NCBI GenBank assembly: GCA_963798915.1
Contig: CAWCVB010000003.1
Coordinates: 120,282 to 184,281 of the forward strand
Direction of reading: 5' to 3'
Source of the DNA: an uncultured Gemmatimonadales bacterium
Lineage (GTDB): Bacteria > Gemmatimonadota > Gemmatimonadetes > Gemmatimonadales > GWC2-71-9
Length of the DNA stretch: 64,000 bases
Both the position numbers and the translations under genes were made by a program. The notes under the pieces are model-generated. The model was not told the DNA's origin. It saw only the letters and a list, made by a program, of their open reading frames with translations, and searched no databases. Positions within the stretch are counted from its first letter, which is position 1. Each line of letters opens with the position of its first letter. Shown in pieces: positions 50,060 through 60,896 of the stretch.

Positions 50060-51345
50060 GTCCTCATCCACGCACGGAAGTCGCCCAGCGCGCGCTCGGC
50101 GAGCAGCTGGCGCTTCCGGTCCTTTCTTACCTTGCCAGGCAGCGGGTCCACCAGCCCGAAGTTGGCGTTCATCGGCTGGAAATGGCGCGGATCAGCCTCT
50201 CGCAGGTAGCGGTAGAGGCCGCCCAGCATGGTCGTGGGAGGTGGCACCACCGGCGCCTCGTCCCGCAGCGCGCGCGCCAGGTTGATGCCGGCCAGCAGCC
50301 CGGTGCCCAGCGACTCGGTGTAGCCTTCCACGCCCGTGAGCTGGCCGGCCAGGAAGAGGCGCGGATCCCCGCGCACGGTGAGCCCCGCATCGAGGGCAGC
50401 GGGACTGTTCACGTAGGAGTTGCGATGGATGCTGCCGTACCGGAGGAATTCTGCCTGCTCCAGCCCCGGCACCATCGCAAAGACCCGCCGTTGCTCCGGA
50501 ATGCGAAGCCGGGTCTGGCAGCCCACCAGGTTCCACATCTGGCCGGCGACGTCCTCGCGTCGAAGCTGCATCACCGCATGGGCTTCCCTGCCGGTGGCCG
50601 GATCCGTGAGCCCCACCGGCTTCATGGGGCCAAAGCGCGGGGTGTCGCGCCCGCGACGCGCCATTTCCTCAACCGGCATGCAGCCCTCGAAGTATGGCAC
50701 CTCATCGAACGCATGGCCGCTGAATTGGTCTGCCGCCGTGAGCGCATCGATGAACGCGTCATACTGTTCGTGCGTCATCGGGGCATTGAGGTAGTCGTCG
50801 CCACCCTTCCCATAGCGCGAGGCAGCAAAGAGGCGGCTGCGGTCAAGCGAGTCATCGCTCACGATCGGGGCGATGGCGTCATGGAATGCGAGCGCGTCGG
50901 TGCCCAGCCGGGACGAAATCGCACGGGCCATTGCATCGGATGTCAGCGGACCGGTGGCGACGATGCCGGGCGACGGCATCGCGGTGACTTCCCCGGCGTG
51001 AACGGCAATGCGCGGGTGAGCCCTGATCTTTTCATCGGCCAGGCGGGAGAAAATCTCCCGATCCACCGCGAGGGCGCTTCCACCGGGTACGCGCGCGGCG
51101 TCGGCGAGCGGAAGCAGCACGCTACCCAACTGCCGAAGCTCGGCCTTGAGCAGGCCGTGCGCATTGCTCACGTCCACCGACTTGAAGGTATTGCTGCAGA
51201 CCAGTTCCGCGAGCCGTCCACTCTGGTGGGCCGGCGTGGGCACGGCGGGCCGCATCTCGCAGAGCGTCACGTCAAGGCCCCGCTCCGCGAGTGCCCACGC
51301 GGCCTCGGTTCCCGCGAGGCCGCCTCCCACAACGATGACGCTCAC
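50053..51345 (-). CDS. trmFO: tRNA m5U54 methyltransferase, FAD/folate-dependent
   Basis: GGGLAG, AELVCSN, FGPMKPVGL, AGQLTGVEGY, FQPMNANFG. Confidence 0.96.
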   Translation of the reverse strand: MSVIVVGGGLAGTEAAWALAERGLDVTLCEMRPAVPTPAHQSGRLAELVCSNTFKSVDVSNAHGLLKAELRQLGSVLLPLADAARVPGGSALAVDREIFSRLADEKIRAHPRIAVHAGEVTAMPSPGIVATGPLTSDAMARAISSRLGTDALAFHDAIAPIVSDDSLDRSRLFAASRYGKGGDDYLNAPMTHEQYDAFIDALTAADQFSGHAFDEVPYFEGCMPVEEMARRGRDTPRFGPMKPVGLTDPATGREAHAVMQLRREDVAGQMWNLVGCQTRLRIPEQRRVFAMVPGLEQAEFLRYGSIHRNSYVNSPAALDAGLTVRGDPRLFLAGQLTGVEGYTESLGTGLLAGINLARALRDEAPVVPPPTTMLGGLYRYLREADPRHFQPMNANFGLVDPLPGKVRKDRKRQLLAERALGDFRAWMRTW

Positions 51346-53828
51346 GCCAGGGCCGACTCCTCAGGCTCAGTCACGATGACCTTGTTGCCGCACTTCATGC
51401 AGGTCAGCGTCTCCCCATCGGCCTTGGTCTTCCTGCGCTCCATGCCCTCCCAGCCGCACTCCGCGCAGGTTTCCTTCACCGGCTTGTTCCAGGTGGAGAA
51501 ATCGCACTCGGGATATCGCATGCATCCCCAGAATGACTTGCCCCGCTTGGTGCGCCGCTCGGCGATGTCACCGCCGCACTTGGGACACTTGACCCCGATG
51601 GGAATGGATCGTGTTCCCTTGCACTCCGGGTAGCGGGTGCAGGCAAGGAACTCACCGAAGCGCCCGGTCTTGATGACCATCGGCGCGCCGCAGAGATGAC
51701 ACTTTTCGTCGCTCGGCCGATCCGGTGCACGGTCCTTCTTGAGCGACTTCACGTAGTCGCACGAGTCCTTGTACTTGACGCACGCCAGGTACGGACCGAA
51801 GCGTCCGGTGCGCAGCTCGATCCTGGAGCCGCACTTGGGGCATCGCTCCTGCTCCAGCTTGGCCGAATCCAGGCCGTGCGCCTCCGCCACCAGTGCGTTC
51901 AGGTCCACCTTGGCGAGCGACTTGGTGAACGGACCATAAAATTCCCGAAGCACGGCCTGCCAGTCCTTGCCCTCCTCCTCGATCTGGTCCAGCTCCTCCT
52001 CCATCCGCGACGTGAACTCCACGTTGAAGATGTCGGGAAACTCGGCGATCATCATCTTCTCGACCGTCTCGCCCAGGTCGGTCGGGAAAAAACGCCGCTG
52101 CTCGAGCTTGGCGTATTCGCGCGCCGTGAGCGTCGAGACAATGGCGCTGTAGGTCGATGGCCGCCCAATGCCAAGTCGCTCCAGCTCCTTGACCAGACTC
52201 GCCTCCGAGAACCGCGGTGGCGGCTCGGTAAAATGCTGTGACGGCGTGATCGCCAGGACCTTGACCGTGTCGCCCTCCGCCAGGGGCGGAATCGGCGGCA
52301 GGTCGTCCATGGTCTTGCCCTCTTCCACCTCACGCCCCTCGAGATAGACCCGGTGGTACCCATCAAAGACGAGGACGGAACCGGTGGCACGGAACAGATA
52401 GTCGCCGATGGCAAAGTCCACGATGGTCATGTCGTAGACCGCGGGCATCATCTGCGACGCAACAAAGCGCTGCCAGATGAGCTGGTAGAGCCGGAACTGG
52501 TCCGCCTCCAAGTGACGCTGCAAAGATTCGGGCCGGCGGGTGACGTCGGTGGGCCGCACCGCTTCATGCGCGTCCTGCACCCGCTGCTGCTTCTTCGCGG
52601 AATAGGCGTTGGGGCTGTCCGGCAGGTATCGCTTGTCGTATTCCGACTCGATGAAGCCGCGGACCGCCGCGATGGCTTGATCGGACACCCGGACGGAGTC
52701 GGTGCGCATGTAGGTGATGAGGCCCGTGGGGCCGTCCTCGCCGATGTCCACGCCTTCGTAGAGGCCTTGCGCGGCTCGCATGGTGCGACGGCTGGAGAAG
52801 CCCAGCTTCTTGGCGGCTTCCTGCTGCAGCGTGCTGGTCGTAAAAGGCGCGCCCGGCCGCTTCCGCCGCTGCTTCTTCTCGACGCTGGAGACTGTGAACG
52901 GCTTGCCCGTCACTGCCGTCACGACCGCCTTGGCCGCCCTCTCGGTCGGCAGGACCGGCTTGTGCCCCTTGATTTTGTGCAGGGACGCCTGGAACTGCTG
53001 GCCGCCTTTCTCGCAGTCGGCCTCGATGGTCCAGTACTCCTGGGGCTTGAAGGCGCGAATCTCGCGTTCACGTTCGACGATCAGCCGGAGCGCCACCGTC
53101 TGGACCCGTCCGGCTGAGAGACCGGTCTTGATGGTTTTCCAGAGGATCGGACTCGCCTTGTAGCCCACCAGCCGGTCCAGCACCCGCCTAGCCTGCTGCG
53201 CATCCACCTTGCGCTGGTCGATGTCGCTGGGCGAACGCAGCGCTTCCTTGATGGCGTCCCGGGTGATTTCGTGAAAGAGAATGCGCTGCGTCGGCACGGC
53301 GCGGTCAAGCTGGGTGGCCACATGCCACGCGATCGCCTCGCCCTCGCGATCGGGGTCGGTGGCGAGGAGCACCTGGCTGGCCGCCTTGGCTGCCTTCTTG
53401 ATATCGCTGAGTGTCTGGGTCTTGCCCTTGATCGTGACGTACTCGGGCTGGAAGGTGCGGCCCTGCTCGTCAATCTCCACGCCCAGCTTCCGGGTCGGGA
53501 GGTCGCGCAGGTGACCCACCGTGGCCTTGACCGAGTAGCCCCGGCCCAGATACTTGCCGATGGTACGCGCCTTGGTGGGAGACTCGACGATGACCAGCGC
53601 GTCACCCGGGCGGATCGCCGCGGTCTGAGACCGGCCCGCACGGCTGGCCTTAGGGCGGGTCTGAGACCCGGCCTTACCGCTACCGCCGGAGGCGCTCTTC
53701 CTCCGCCCTGTCGTGCCCGCATCGGGACGCGCGCCGGAGGCGGGGGCGGTCTTAGACCGCCCCCTACGGGCTTCGCCCTTCCCTCCCGTCTTCCCGTCTT
53801 CCCGGCTCGTCGCCTTTTTCTTTGTCAT
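51342..53828 (-). CDS. topA: DNA topoisomerase I with low-complexity N-terminal extension
   Basis: LVIVESPTKA, ATDPDREGE, SAGRVQ, ITYMRTDS; C-terminal Zn ribbons. Confidence 0.97.
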   Translation of the reverse strand: MTKKKATSREDGKTGGKGEARRGRSKTAPASGARPDAGTTGRRKSASGGSGKAGSQTRPKASRAGRSQTAAIRPGDALVIVESPTKARTIGKYLGRGYSVKATVGHLRDLPTRKLGVEIDEQGRTFQPEYVTIKGKTQTLSDIKKAAKAASQVLLATDPDREGEAIAWHVATQLDRAVPTQRILFHEITRDAIKEALRSPSDIDQRKVDAQQARRVLDRLVGYKASPILWKTIKTGLSAGRVQTVALRLIVEREREIRAFKPQEYWTIEADCEKGGQQFQASLHKIKGHKPVLPTERAAKAVVTAVTGKPFTVSSVEKKQRRKRPGAPFTTSTLQQEAAKKLGFSSRRTMRAAQGLYEGVDIGEDGPTGLITYMRTDSVRVSDQAIAAVRGFIESEYDKRYLPDSPNAYSAKKQQRVQDAHEAVRPTDVTRRPESLQRHLEADQFRLYQLIWQRFVASQMMPAVYDMTIVDFAIGDYLFRATGSVLVFDGYHRVYLEGREVEEGKTMDDLPPIPPLAEGDTVKVLAITPSQHFTEPPPRFSEASLVKELERLGIGRPSTYSAIVSTLTAREYAKLEQRRFFPTDLGETVEKMMIAEFPDIFNVEFTSRMEEELDQIEEEGKDWQAVLREFYGPFTKSLAKVDLNALVAEAHGLDSAKLEQERCPKCGSRIELRTGRFGPYLACVKYKDSCDYVKSLKKDRAPDRPSDEKCHLCGAPMVIKTGRFGEFLACTRYPECKGTRSIPIGVKCPKCGGDIAERRTKRGKSFWGCMRYPECDFSTWNKPVKETCAECGWEGMERRKTKADGETLTCMKCGNKVIVTEPEESALA

Positions 53829-53944
53829 GAAACCAATCTGGCCCCTCGGGGCCGTCTGAAGTACAACAATTCGGGGTAGCAAGAAAGCCCGCCCGGCGCT
53901 CACTTGGCAAGGACGAACACGATAAACCCATATATACCAATATG

Positions 53945-54478
53945 TTACCAGCCTGCGTGTCGTCTGGCCAGCTCCGCCACGAGGCGGGCGACGGGTCCCG
54001 GTTCGTCGGCGGCGTTGGAAATGACTACATCGGCCAGTCGATAGAATGGCTCCCGTTCTGTCAATAAAACACTCAGGCGTTCCCGGAGGGAGCCGTGGGA
54101 GAGCAACGGACGAGCAGGCGCTGTGCGCTGTGCGCTATGGGCTATCCGCTGTGCGACAACGTCCACCGGGACCGCCAGATAGATAATGAAAGCACTCTGC
54201 AGCGCATTTGCCATTTCGCCGGTCTGGGCGGCCCAGCCGCCACCCGGAGCCAGGACTGCCGGCCTTGCGCTGAGCGCTGAGCGCATGACGTCCCGCTCCA
54301 GCTCACGGAAACGGGATTCGCCCCGGCTGCTGAACAACTCCCGCACCGCCTGACCGGTCACCCGCTCGATCTCGTCATCCAGATCGACAAAAGGCGCCCC
54401 CAGCTGGTCTGCGGCCAGTCGGCCGACGGTGGTCTTGCCGGAACCCGGCAACCCGACCAGCACGACGTGGCGCTTCAT
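53945..54478 (-). CDS. aroK: Shikimate kinase
   Basis: GLPGSGKT, DLD, GESRFRELE, GGG, RPLL. Confidence 0.93.
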   Translation of the reverse strand: MKRHVVLVGLPGSGKTTVGRLAADQLGAPFVDLDDEIERVTGQAVRELFSSRGESRFRELERDVMRSALSARPAVLAPGGGWAAQTGEMANALQSAFIIYLAVPVDVVAQRIAHSAQRTAPARPLLSHGSLRERLSVLLTEREPFYRLADVVISNAADEPGPVARLVAELARRHAGW

Positions 54479-55695
54479 CCGCCCGACCCGGATTCCTCCG
54501 TCCAGCGTCGGCCGAGCGAAGTGAGGTAGCCGTCGTAGTTGCGCCGCATCTCACCTAACGAGTCACCGCCGAATTTCTCCAGCATCGCATCCGCCAGCAC
54601 CAGCGCCACGACCGCCTCACCGATCACACCGGCAGCCGGGACGGCCGTCACATCGGAGCGCTCGCTCTGGGCGTTGGCCGGCTCACCGGTACGAAGGTCG
54701 ACGGTCCGAAGCGGTTGCATCAGCGTGGCGATCGGCTTCATGGCGAGCCGGACGACGATCGGCTCGCCGGTCGTGATCCCGCCCTCTAGGCCGCCCGCCC
54801 GATTGCTGGTGCGCCGATAGCCGCCGCGGCGGTCGCCAGCCGGCGCCGTTCCATCCTTCGTGATCGGATCATGAACCTCTGAGCCGAGTCGCCGAGCCGC
54901 CGAGACGCCCAGTCCAATTTCGACCGCCTTGATGGCGGGAATGGCCATCAGCATTCCTGCCAGTCGGCCATCCAGCTTCCGGTCCCAGCTCACATGGCTG
55001 CCAAGCCCGACCGGAGCCCCGGTCGCCACGACCTCGACTTCGCCGCCCAGGGTGTCGCCAGCCGCCTTGGCCTCGTCAATCCGCTCTACCATGAGAGCGG
55101 AGGCGGCGGCATCCAGGCATCGAACCGGTGACTGATCGGCCGTCGGATTGAGGGGAAACGGAAGGTCAGCCGGCACCGACGCGGCAATGCCGCCAAGCGA
55201 GACGACGTGACTTCCGATTTCGATGCCGAACTCCTCAAGGAGCCGCCGCGCCAGGGCGCCCGCCGCCACCCGCGCGGCGGTCTCGCGGGCGCTCGCACGC
55301 TCGAGGATGTCGCGGGCATCGAGCCGGTCATACTTGAGGATGCCGGAGAGATCGGCGTGGCCGGGCCGGGGCCGGGCCACCCGGCGGCGGCGCACCTCGC
55401 CGGTATCGGCCGCCGGCTCGTGAGCCATCACGTCTTCCCAGTTGGCCCAGTCGCGATTGGGAACCAGCACGGCGACAGGCGAGCCGAGCGTCTCTCCGGC
55501 GCGAATGCCCGAAATCCACTCGATTCTGTCCTGCTCGATCTTCATCCGGGCGCCGCGCCCGTAGCCCTGCATCCGGCGGGAGAGCTCCCGGTTCACCTGC
55601 TCGGCGCTGATGGCCAGACCGGCCGGCAGGCCCTCGACGATGGCAACCAGCCCCCGTCCGTGGCTCTCTCCCGCCGTGGTGAACCGAAGCCCCAT
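54475..55695 (-). CDS. aroC: Chorismate synthase
   Basis: TAGESHG, RPGHAD, ERASARET, GGLEGG, ERSD. Confidence 0.97.
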   Translation of the reverse strand: MGLRFTTAGESHGRGLVAIVEGLPAGLAISAEQVNRELSRRMQGYGRGARMKIEQDRIEWISGIRAGETLGSPVAVLVPNRDWANWEDVMAHEPAADTGEVRRRRVARPRPGHADLSGILKYDRLDARDILERASARETAARVAAGALARRLLEEFGIEIGSHVVSLGGIAASVPADLPFPLNPTADQSPVRCLDAAASALMVERIDEAKAAGDTLGGEVEVVATGAPVGLGSHVSWDRKLDGRLAGMLMAIPAIKAVEIGLGVSAARRLGSEVHDPITKDGTAPAGDRRGGYRRTSNRAGGLEGGITTGEPIVVRLAMKPIATLMQPLRTVDLRTGEPANAQSERSDVTAVPAAGVIGEAVVALVLADAMLEKFGGDSLGEMRRNYDGYLTSLGRRWTEESGSGG

Positions 55696-55709
55696 GACCA
55701 CTCCCTTCC

Positions 55710-55745
55710 AAAAAACCACAAGCCCGGCGTGAACCGGGCTGGTGG
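55710..55745 (-). terminator. Rho-independent terminator after pilQ
   Basis: CCACCAGCCCGG-ttcacg-CCGGGCTTGTGG then T6. Confidence 0.75.
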
Positions 55746-55767
55746 GACTGCTGGAGGCATCGGACGC

Positions 55768-57573
55768 TCAGGGCGTCGCGATACCGTCATCCACGATCCG
55801 CGGCGTGACCAAGATAATGAGGTCGCGGCGGTTCTCGTCGGTTGAACTGAAGCTGAACAGCTTGCCGACCAGCGGCAGGCCGGACAGCAGCGGGATCCCG
55901 GACCGGGTCTTCTGGACCGTGGTCACGGTCAGTCCGCCAATCACGCTGGTCTCGCCATCGTTGACCAGCAGCTGGTTCTTGGTGGCCTGCTTCTGGATCG
56001 AGAAGCCCAGGTCGGCGGCCGCAAGCGGCACCACCTGTGACCGCTCGGTCTGCAGGTTCATGAGAATCTGCCGGTTCGACGGTCACGTGCGGCGTGACGG
56101 TCAACCGGATACCGGTCTCCTTGAACTGGACCGTCGCGCGTGCCGCACCGTTGGCTCCCGGCTGGCCGACTCGGCGTCCACGACCCGCAGCGGGATCTCG
56201 TCGCCAACCAGAATGTCGGCCTGCTGGTTATCCAGCGTGGTGATCAACGGCTCCGCCTGCACGTCCGACATTTCGACCCGCTCCAGCGCACTCAGGAAGC
56301 TGGTCAGGCTGAACCCGCCAATGGCGGTGGAGAAGACCAGGTCGAGCGCAGAGCCGCTGATGTTGGCGTCGGCGTTGGCGATCGCGGAAAGCGAGTTGCC
56401 GCCGAGGTCGATGAAGTTCACGTCCTTGTCAAAGGTCGCACCGGCCTCGCCATTCGGGTCCTGGCGCTGGACCAGCTTGTTGAAGAACTGGCTGCGGCTG
56501 CCCAGGTCATACTTGAGCCCCAGCTCCTCCAGGCTGCGACGATCCACGACAATGATCTTGGCCTGGATCGATACCTGTGCCGTCCGGGTGTCCATGCCGC
56601 GCACGAAATCGGAGATGCTGCCGATCCGGCTCTTGGTGTCAGTGATGACAAGTGCGTTGGCGCTGGTGGCCGCCACGACCCGGCCGCGACCCTTGGTCAG
56701 GACGCTTTCCACCACCTTGACCAGCGAGTCGGCCTGCTTGTAGTCCAGCTGCACCAGGCGCGTCTCCAGCGGCTCGAGCGAATCGAGCGCCGCAAGCGTG
56801 GCCGGCTGGTCAACCCGAATGATGCCGCCGGGCATTTCCTGCGCGGTCAGTCCCTGCGTGGCCAGCACGGCCGCGAAGGCCTCGGGCCAGGGCTGGTTGC
56901 GGATTTCCGCGGTGACCTCGCCCTTGATGTCCTTGCCGAGGACGATGTTGCGGCCGCTGAAGGCGGCAAAGCCCGCCACCACGTCGGCGATGCTGGCGCG
57001 ATCCCAGCTCACGGTGATCCGGGGCTCGGGACCCGACTGATACGCCGACTGCACCGCGACCCGCGGCGTCTGCAGCGAGACGTCGCTGGAGACAGGCACG
57101 ACCCGCACCGGGCGGTCCACCATCGGCTCCGGCGTCGCCAGGGCGGCCGGCGTCATGGACGACCAGCTGAGGAAGGTGCGGGACGCATCGAAGACAATGC
57201 GAACGGCGCCGTCCTCGCGCTGCACGGTATAGTCCTTGAGGGCGTCCATGTCGAGCACGACACGCACGACATCGGGCGCATACTGGCTGTAACGGATGTT
57301 GCGCACGCCGGCACGGACCACGCCGTCGTAGGTGCTGCCGGCCGCCGACAGCGACGCGCCGACGAGGTCAAGCACCAGGCGGTCCGGATTCCGCAGCACG
57401 AAATCCTTCACGTCCACCGAGCCACGAACGCCGATGACCACTTCCGCGTGGCCGGCAGCGGGTTGCAGCGTCACGGCGGTCACTTCACCGCTCTGTGCCT
57501 CGGCAGCCCGGGCCAGCGGCGAAATGGAAAGCGCCAGCGCAAGCGCGAGCAGGGATCGAATCAGGGCCTTCAT
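55768..57573 (-). CDS. pilQ: Type IV pilus secretin with AMIN domain; frameshifts near 56075-56140
   Basis: AMIN (NPDRLVLD), QVSIQAKI, VIGGL, GIPLLSGLPLVGKLF, LIILVTPRI. Confidence 0.93.
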
Positions 57574-58112
57574 GGCGTCATATCCTCCTGCTTGCGCAGC
57601 GAGAGAGTCTCCTGCCGTTCGAATCCGAAATCCTCGATCTGGAACGTCACATCCTTGGTCTGGATCCTGACGACCTGCATCCGACCCAGGCGCTCACCTT
57701 CGCGGAGCATGTAGCGCTTGCCGGAATCCTTCTCGCGCATGACTGCCACGCTGCTGGTCACGCCGCCGTTGCGGTTTTCGTAGATTGCGACCAGCTGCAG
57801 ATTCTCGATCGTGGGCCCGGTGGCCTTGAGCGAGATCAGGGACGCAAACGGGTCGCGCGTGCCGCCGGCATAGGCAAAGCTTTCGCGCTGCACGGCGTTC
57901 TCGACCAGCGGCGCCGCAATGGCACCCGCGGTGGCGGTCTGGGCGCCTGCGGCCGATGCCACCGGGGCCGGCTTGGGACCGCGCGCCTTCTGGATGCTGT
58001 CGCGAACGGCGCTCACGTTGACGGTGTCCGGCTTGTCGGTCTGCGCGGCGCCACCACAGGCCGCCAGCAGTGAGACCGCCAGCAGACTCCGCATGAGATG
58101 CTTATGTCCCAC
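57570..58112 (-). CDS. pilP: PilP-like lipoprotein
   Basis: Lipobox LAAC, RDPF motif; between pilO and pilQ. Confidence 0.8.
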   Translation of the reverse strand: MGHKHLMRSLLAVSLLAACGGAAQTDKPDTVNVSAVRDSIQKARGPKPAPVASAAGAQTATAGAIAAPLVENAVQRESFAYAGGTRDPFASLISLKATGPTIENLQLVAIYENRNGGVTSSVAVMREKDSGKRYMLREGERLGRMQVVRIQTKDVTFQIEDFGFERQETLSLRKQEDMTP

Positions 58113-58731
58113 TGGTCTCTCCCTCCATGCTGCCGGACTTCACGAAGGTCCGGATCTGGAACTTGGCCTCGAGCAGCGCGCCAGTTGAATCGCCCAGCGC
58201 CTTGGCAGAGGCCGCGTTGGCCACGGCGATCTGGACGTCCTGCGGCACGATGATTCGCTGCAGGCTGGCCACATCGCTCAGAAATTCGCCGATCTGGTCG
58301 TAGTGGCCGACCACCGAGATCTGGTACTTGTAGGTATTGAACGGCACCGGACCACCTTCGACCGGCAGTGGCACCACCTGCGCCAGGTTCACCCCGCGAA
58401 TCTTGGCGCGGGTGGACATGTCATCGAGCAGATTGGGCACTTCATTGCGCTCCGGCACCAGCCGGCGGAGGAGCGCCAGACTGGCCCGGTGAGCCTCCAG
58501 CTTCTTCCGCACGTCCTCGGCGGTTCCGCGGGCCAGCTCCCGCTTGGCGCTGTCGATCTGCGCCTGCAGTGTGGCCAGCGTATCCTGCATCGCGACGGCG
58601 GCGCTCCGCTCGGCGCTCACGCCCGGGAAACCCAGGCTCGAGACGACGCTGCCGGTGTAGCCCATGTAACCCACGATCACGGCCAGCAGGCCGATCAGGA
58701 TTGGCGTGGACTTCTGCTGTGTGCTCGCCAT
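58102..58731 (-). CDS. pilO: Type IV pilus assembly protein PilO
   Basis: TM, coiled coil, VPERNEVPNLL, GHYDQIGEFL..RII. Confidence 0.9.
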   Translation of the reverse strand: MASTQQKSTPILIGLLAVIVGYMGYTGSVVSSLGFPGVSAERSAAVAMQDTLATLQAQIDSAKRELARGTAEDVRKKLEAHRASLALLRRLVPERNEVPNLLDDMSTRAKIRGVNLAQVVPLPVEGGPVPFNTYKYQISVVGHYDQIGEFLSDVASLQRIIVPQDVQIAVANAASAKALGDSTGALLEAKFQIRTFVKSGSMEGETSGT

Positions 58732-58734
58732 GAC

Positions 58735-59479
58735 TTACCTCACCGACTCGCTGAGGGGCACCGTGCGGATGTAGGCGGAGTCCGCCCGGCGGAATTCGGC
58801 ACGAATCACAAAGGCGGTCACCGGCCGCTCCTGCTCGACCACCGTCTGGGCCGACACCGGCGTCACATTCTGGATCCAGGGCGACGCCTCCAGCTGGCGC
58901 AGGAAGCGGGTATAGGCCTGGATGTCCACCGTGCGCCCCTCGACCCGGAACCCAAGCGACTGCTGGGCAGCTGAATCAGCAGCAGCAGCCGGCAGAATCG
59001 GCCTTGGTCGGCTTGGCGCCTGGCTTGGCTGCCGGCGCCGGTACGGCGGCTGCGAGAGCAGACTGGTCCAGCGTCACGGTGGTGAGCCAGGTATAGGCCG
59101 GCAGCGCGCGGGAGACTTCATCCAGCACATGGGGCCAGACATAGCGGTCGCCATCCACCGAGCGGATGGTGCTGATCTGCGCAAGGAGCGAGTCGCGAAT
59201 CAGTTCCTGCTTGTGCTTCTGCGCCAGGAACGTCTTGAACCGCTGGTGCTCGCTGCGCGCCTGCTCCAGCTTCGGCTCGATGGCGTGGAGCTGACGCTGG
59301 GTCATGAACCAGGTGACCCCCAGGAAGCCGATCGCGACCACCCAGGCAGCCACGGCCGCGAGGAGCAGGGGATCCTTCACCTTGCCACCCAGGCCCGCGA
59401 ACCGTTCGCCCAGTCCCTTGAGCGGATTGGCGCCGGCGCTCTTGTGCTTGCGGCCGGGCCGTAGATTGACGTTGATCAT
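58735..59479 (-). CDS. pilN: Type IV pilus assembly protein PilN; frameshift near 58985
   Basis: MINVNLRP, TM, WPHVLDEVSRALP..WLT; C-terminus FLRQLEASPW in another frame. Confidence 0.88.
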
Positions 59480-59504
59480 CAGATACCGGGTCCTGTCAGC
59501 GGGT

Positions 59505-60548
59505 TCAGGCGGCCTGCCGCAAGGCAAGGCCGATTGGCAACATCAGCAAGGGCGCAATTTCATCGACGTGCAGTGCATCAAAGACACCGTCGGCAACCTG
59601 GACGCGCTCAACCGGGTTGGCCTGCTGCACCGGCAGGCGCAGCCGGTCCGCCACGACCTTGTTGAGTCCGGGAATGCGCGAACCGCCGCCTGTCGTGAAG
59701 ATCCGGGAGACACCAGCGCCGGACCGGCTGGACGACTGCAGGAACGCTGCGGCACGCTCGATTCCCACGGCCAGCTCTTCGCCCCGGCTCTCGAGGAATG
59801 GCAGCAGCATGGGGTCGGTTTCCACCGACTGCAGCACTGCCTCGGCTTCCTCCGCGCTCAACCCGCGCTCGCGCTGCAGGTCTTCCCGGAAGCGCCGCGT
59901 GCCGATCGCGATGTCGCGGGTGAGCACCGGGACGCCATCGTCCAGGATGTTCACGTTGGTCATCTCATGACCGATATTGACCAATCCGACCATGCCGTGC
60001 ATGGCCTGGGGATGGTTGAGCTCGAAGGCGTTGTGGAGCGCAAAGGCGTCGATGTCGATGACCTGTGCCTCGAGGCCCACGTCCGCCAGCAGCGCCAGCT
60101 TGGTCTCGATCAGTTCGCGCTTGGCCGCTACCAGCAGCACGGTCATCTGCAGGCCGTCACCCTCGGGATCCAGGATCTGGAAGTCCAGTTCGACATTGTC
60201 CATGTCGAACGGCACGTGCTGCTCCGCTTCCCAGCGGATCACCTCGCGCGCCTCCGCCTGCTTCATCCGGTCCATGGTGATCTTCTTGATGATCACGTCC
60301 CGGCCGCCCACCGCGGTCACCACGTGCTTGGTCTTGATCCCGGCCGATGCCATCAGGCCGCGGATGGCATCGGCGACGATGCCCTTGTCCATCACCTCGC
60401 CCTCGACGATGGCGTCATCCACCACCTGAGTCGTGGCCACCTTGGTGATGACCGGCTCGCCGCTGCCATGCGAGATCTGCACGAGCTTGATCAGCCCGCT
60501 GCCGATGTCGAGCGCGACGGTGGTCTTCTTTCGGCCGAACAGTGCCAT
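59505..60548 (-). CDS. pilM: Type IV pilus assembly protein PilM
   Basis: LDIGSGLIK, WEAEQHVPF, TGGGSRIPG, IGLALR. Confidence 0.95.
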   Translation of the reverse strand: MALFGRKKTTVALDIGSGLIKLVQISHGSGEPVITKVATTQVVDDAIVEGEVMDKGIVADAIRGLMASAGIKTKHVVTAVGGRDVIIKKITMDRMKQAEAREVIRWEAEQHVPFDMDNVELDFQILDPEGDGLQMTVLLVAAKRELIETKLALLADVGLEAQVIDIDAFALHNAFELNHPQAMHGMVGLVNIGHEMTNVNILDDGVPVLTRDIAIGTRRFREDLQRERGLSAEEAEAVLQSVETDPMLLPFLESRGEELAVGIERAAAFLQSSSRSGAGVSRIFTTGGGSRIPGLNKVVADRLRLPVQQANPVERVQVADGVFDALHVDEIAPLLMLPIGLALRQAA

Positions 60549-60701
60549 ACGATGCCTGCGCTTGTGTGGGTGGATGACCCGCTACCGTATCACCAGCCTG
60601 GCCGGGATGCCGCATCGAAATCCGGCTTCATTGGCCTCGGAAACGCGTGCAAACGACTGCCGCAAACCGGAGTAGAGCGAAAGAGATTGCACCGGCGGAA
60701 G

Positions 60702-60717
60702 TGCAACGGGTATGCCA
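60702..60717 (-). promoter_or_regulatory. Sigma-54 (-24/-12) promoter upstream of pilM
   Basis: TGGCAT-ACCCG-TTGCA with exact GG-N10-GC spacing, about 150 nt before pilM. Confidence 0.7.
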
Positions 60718-60844
60718 GTAGGCATACTGGTTGGCTAAGTGGTTGTGGGTTGTGCGCTTAGCGCTTGGCGCTTGGCGCAGAAAGAGGGTACCGGCTGAGC
60801 TCCGGCACCCCCTTTTGCGCGGTTTGTTGCGGGTCGCAGGATGG

Positions 60845-60894
60845 GGGTCGTGGGTCGTGGGTCGTGGGCCGTGGGTCGTGGGCCGTGGGTCGTG
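60845..60894. repeat. Heptamer array (GGGYCGT) x7
   Basis: Abuts the stop of the four-helix-bundle gene. Confidence 0.9.
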
Positions 60895-60896
60895 CG

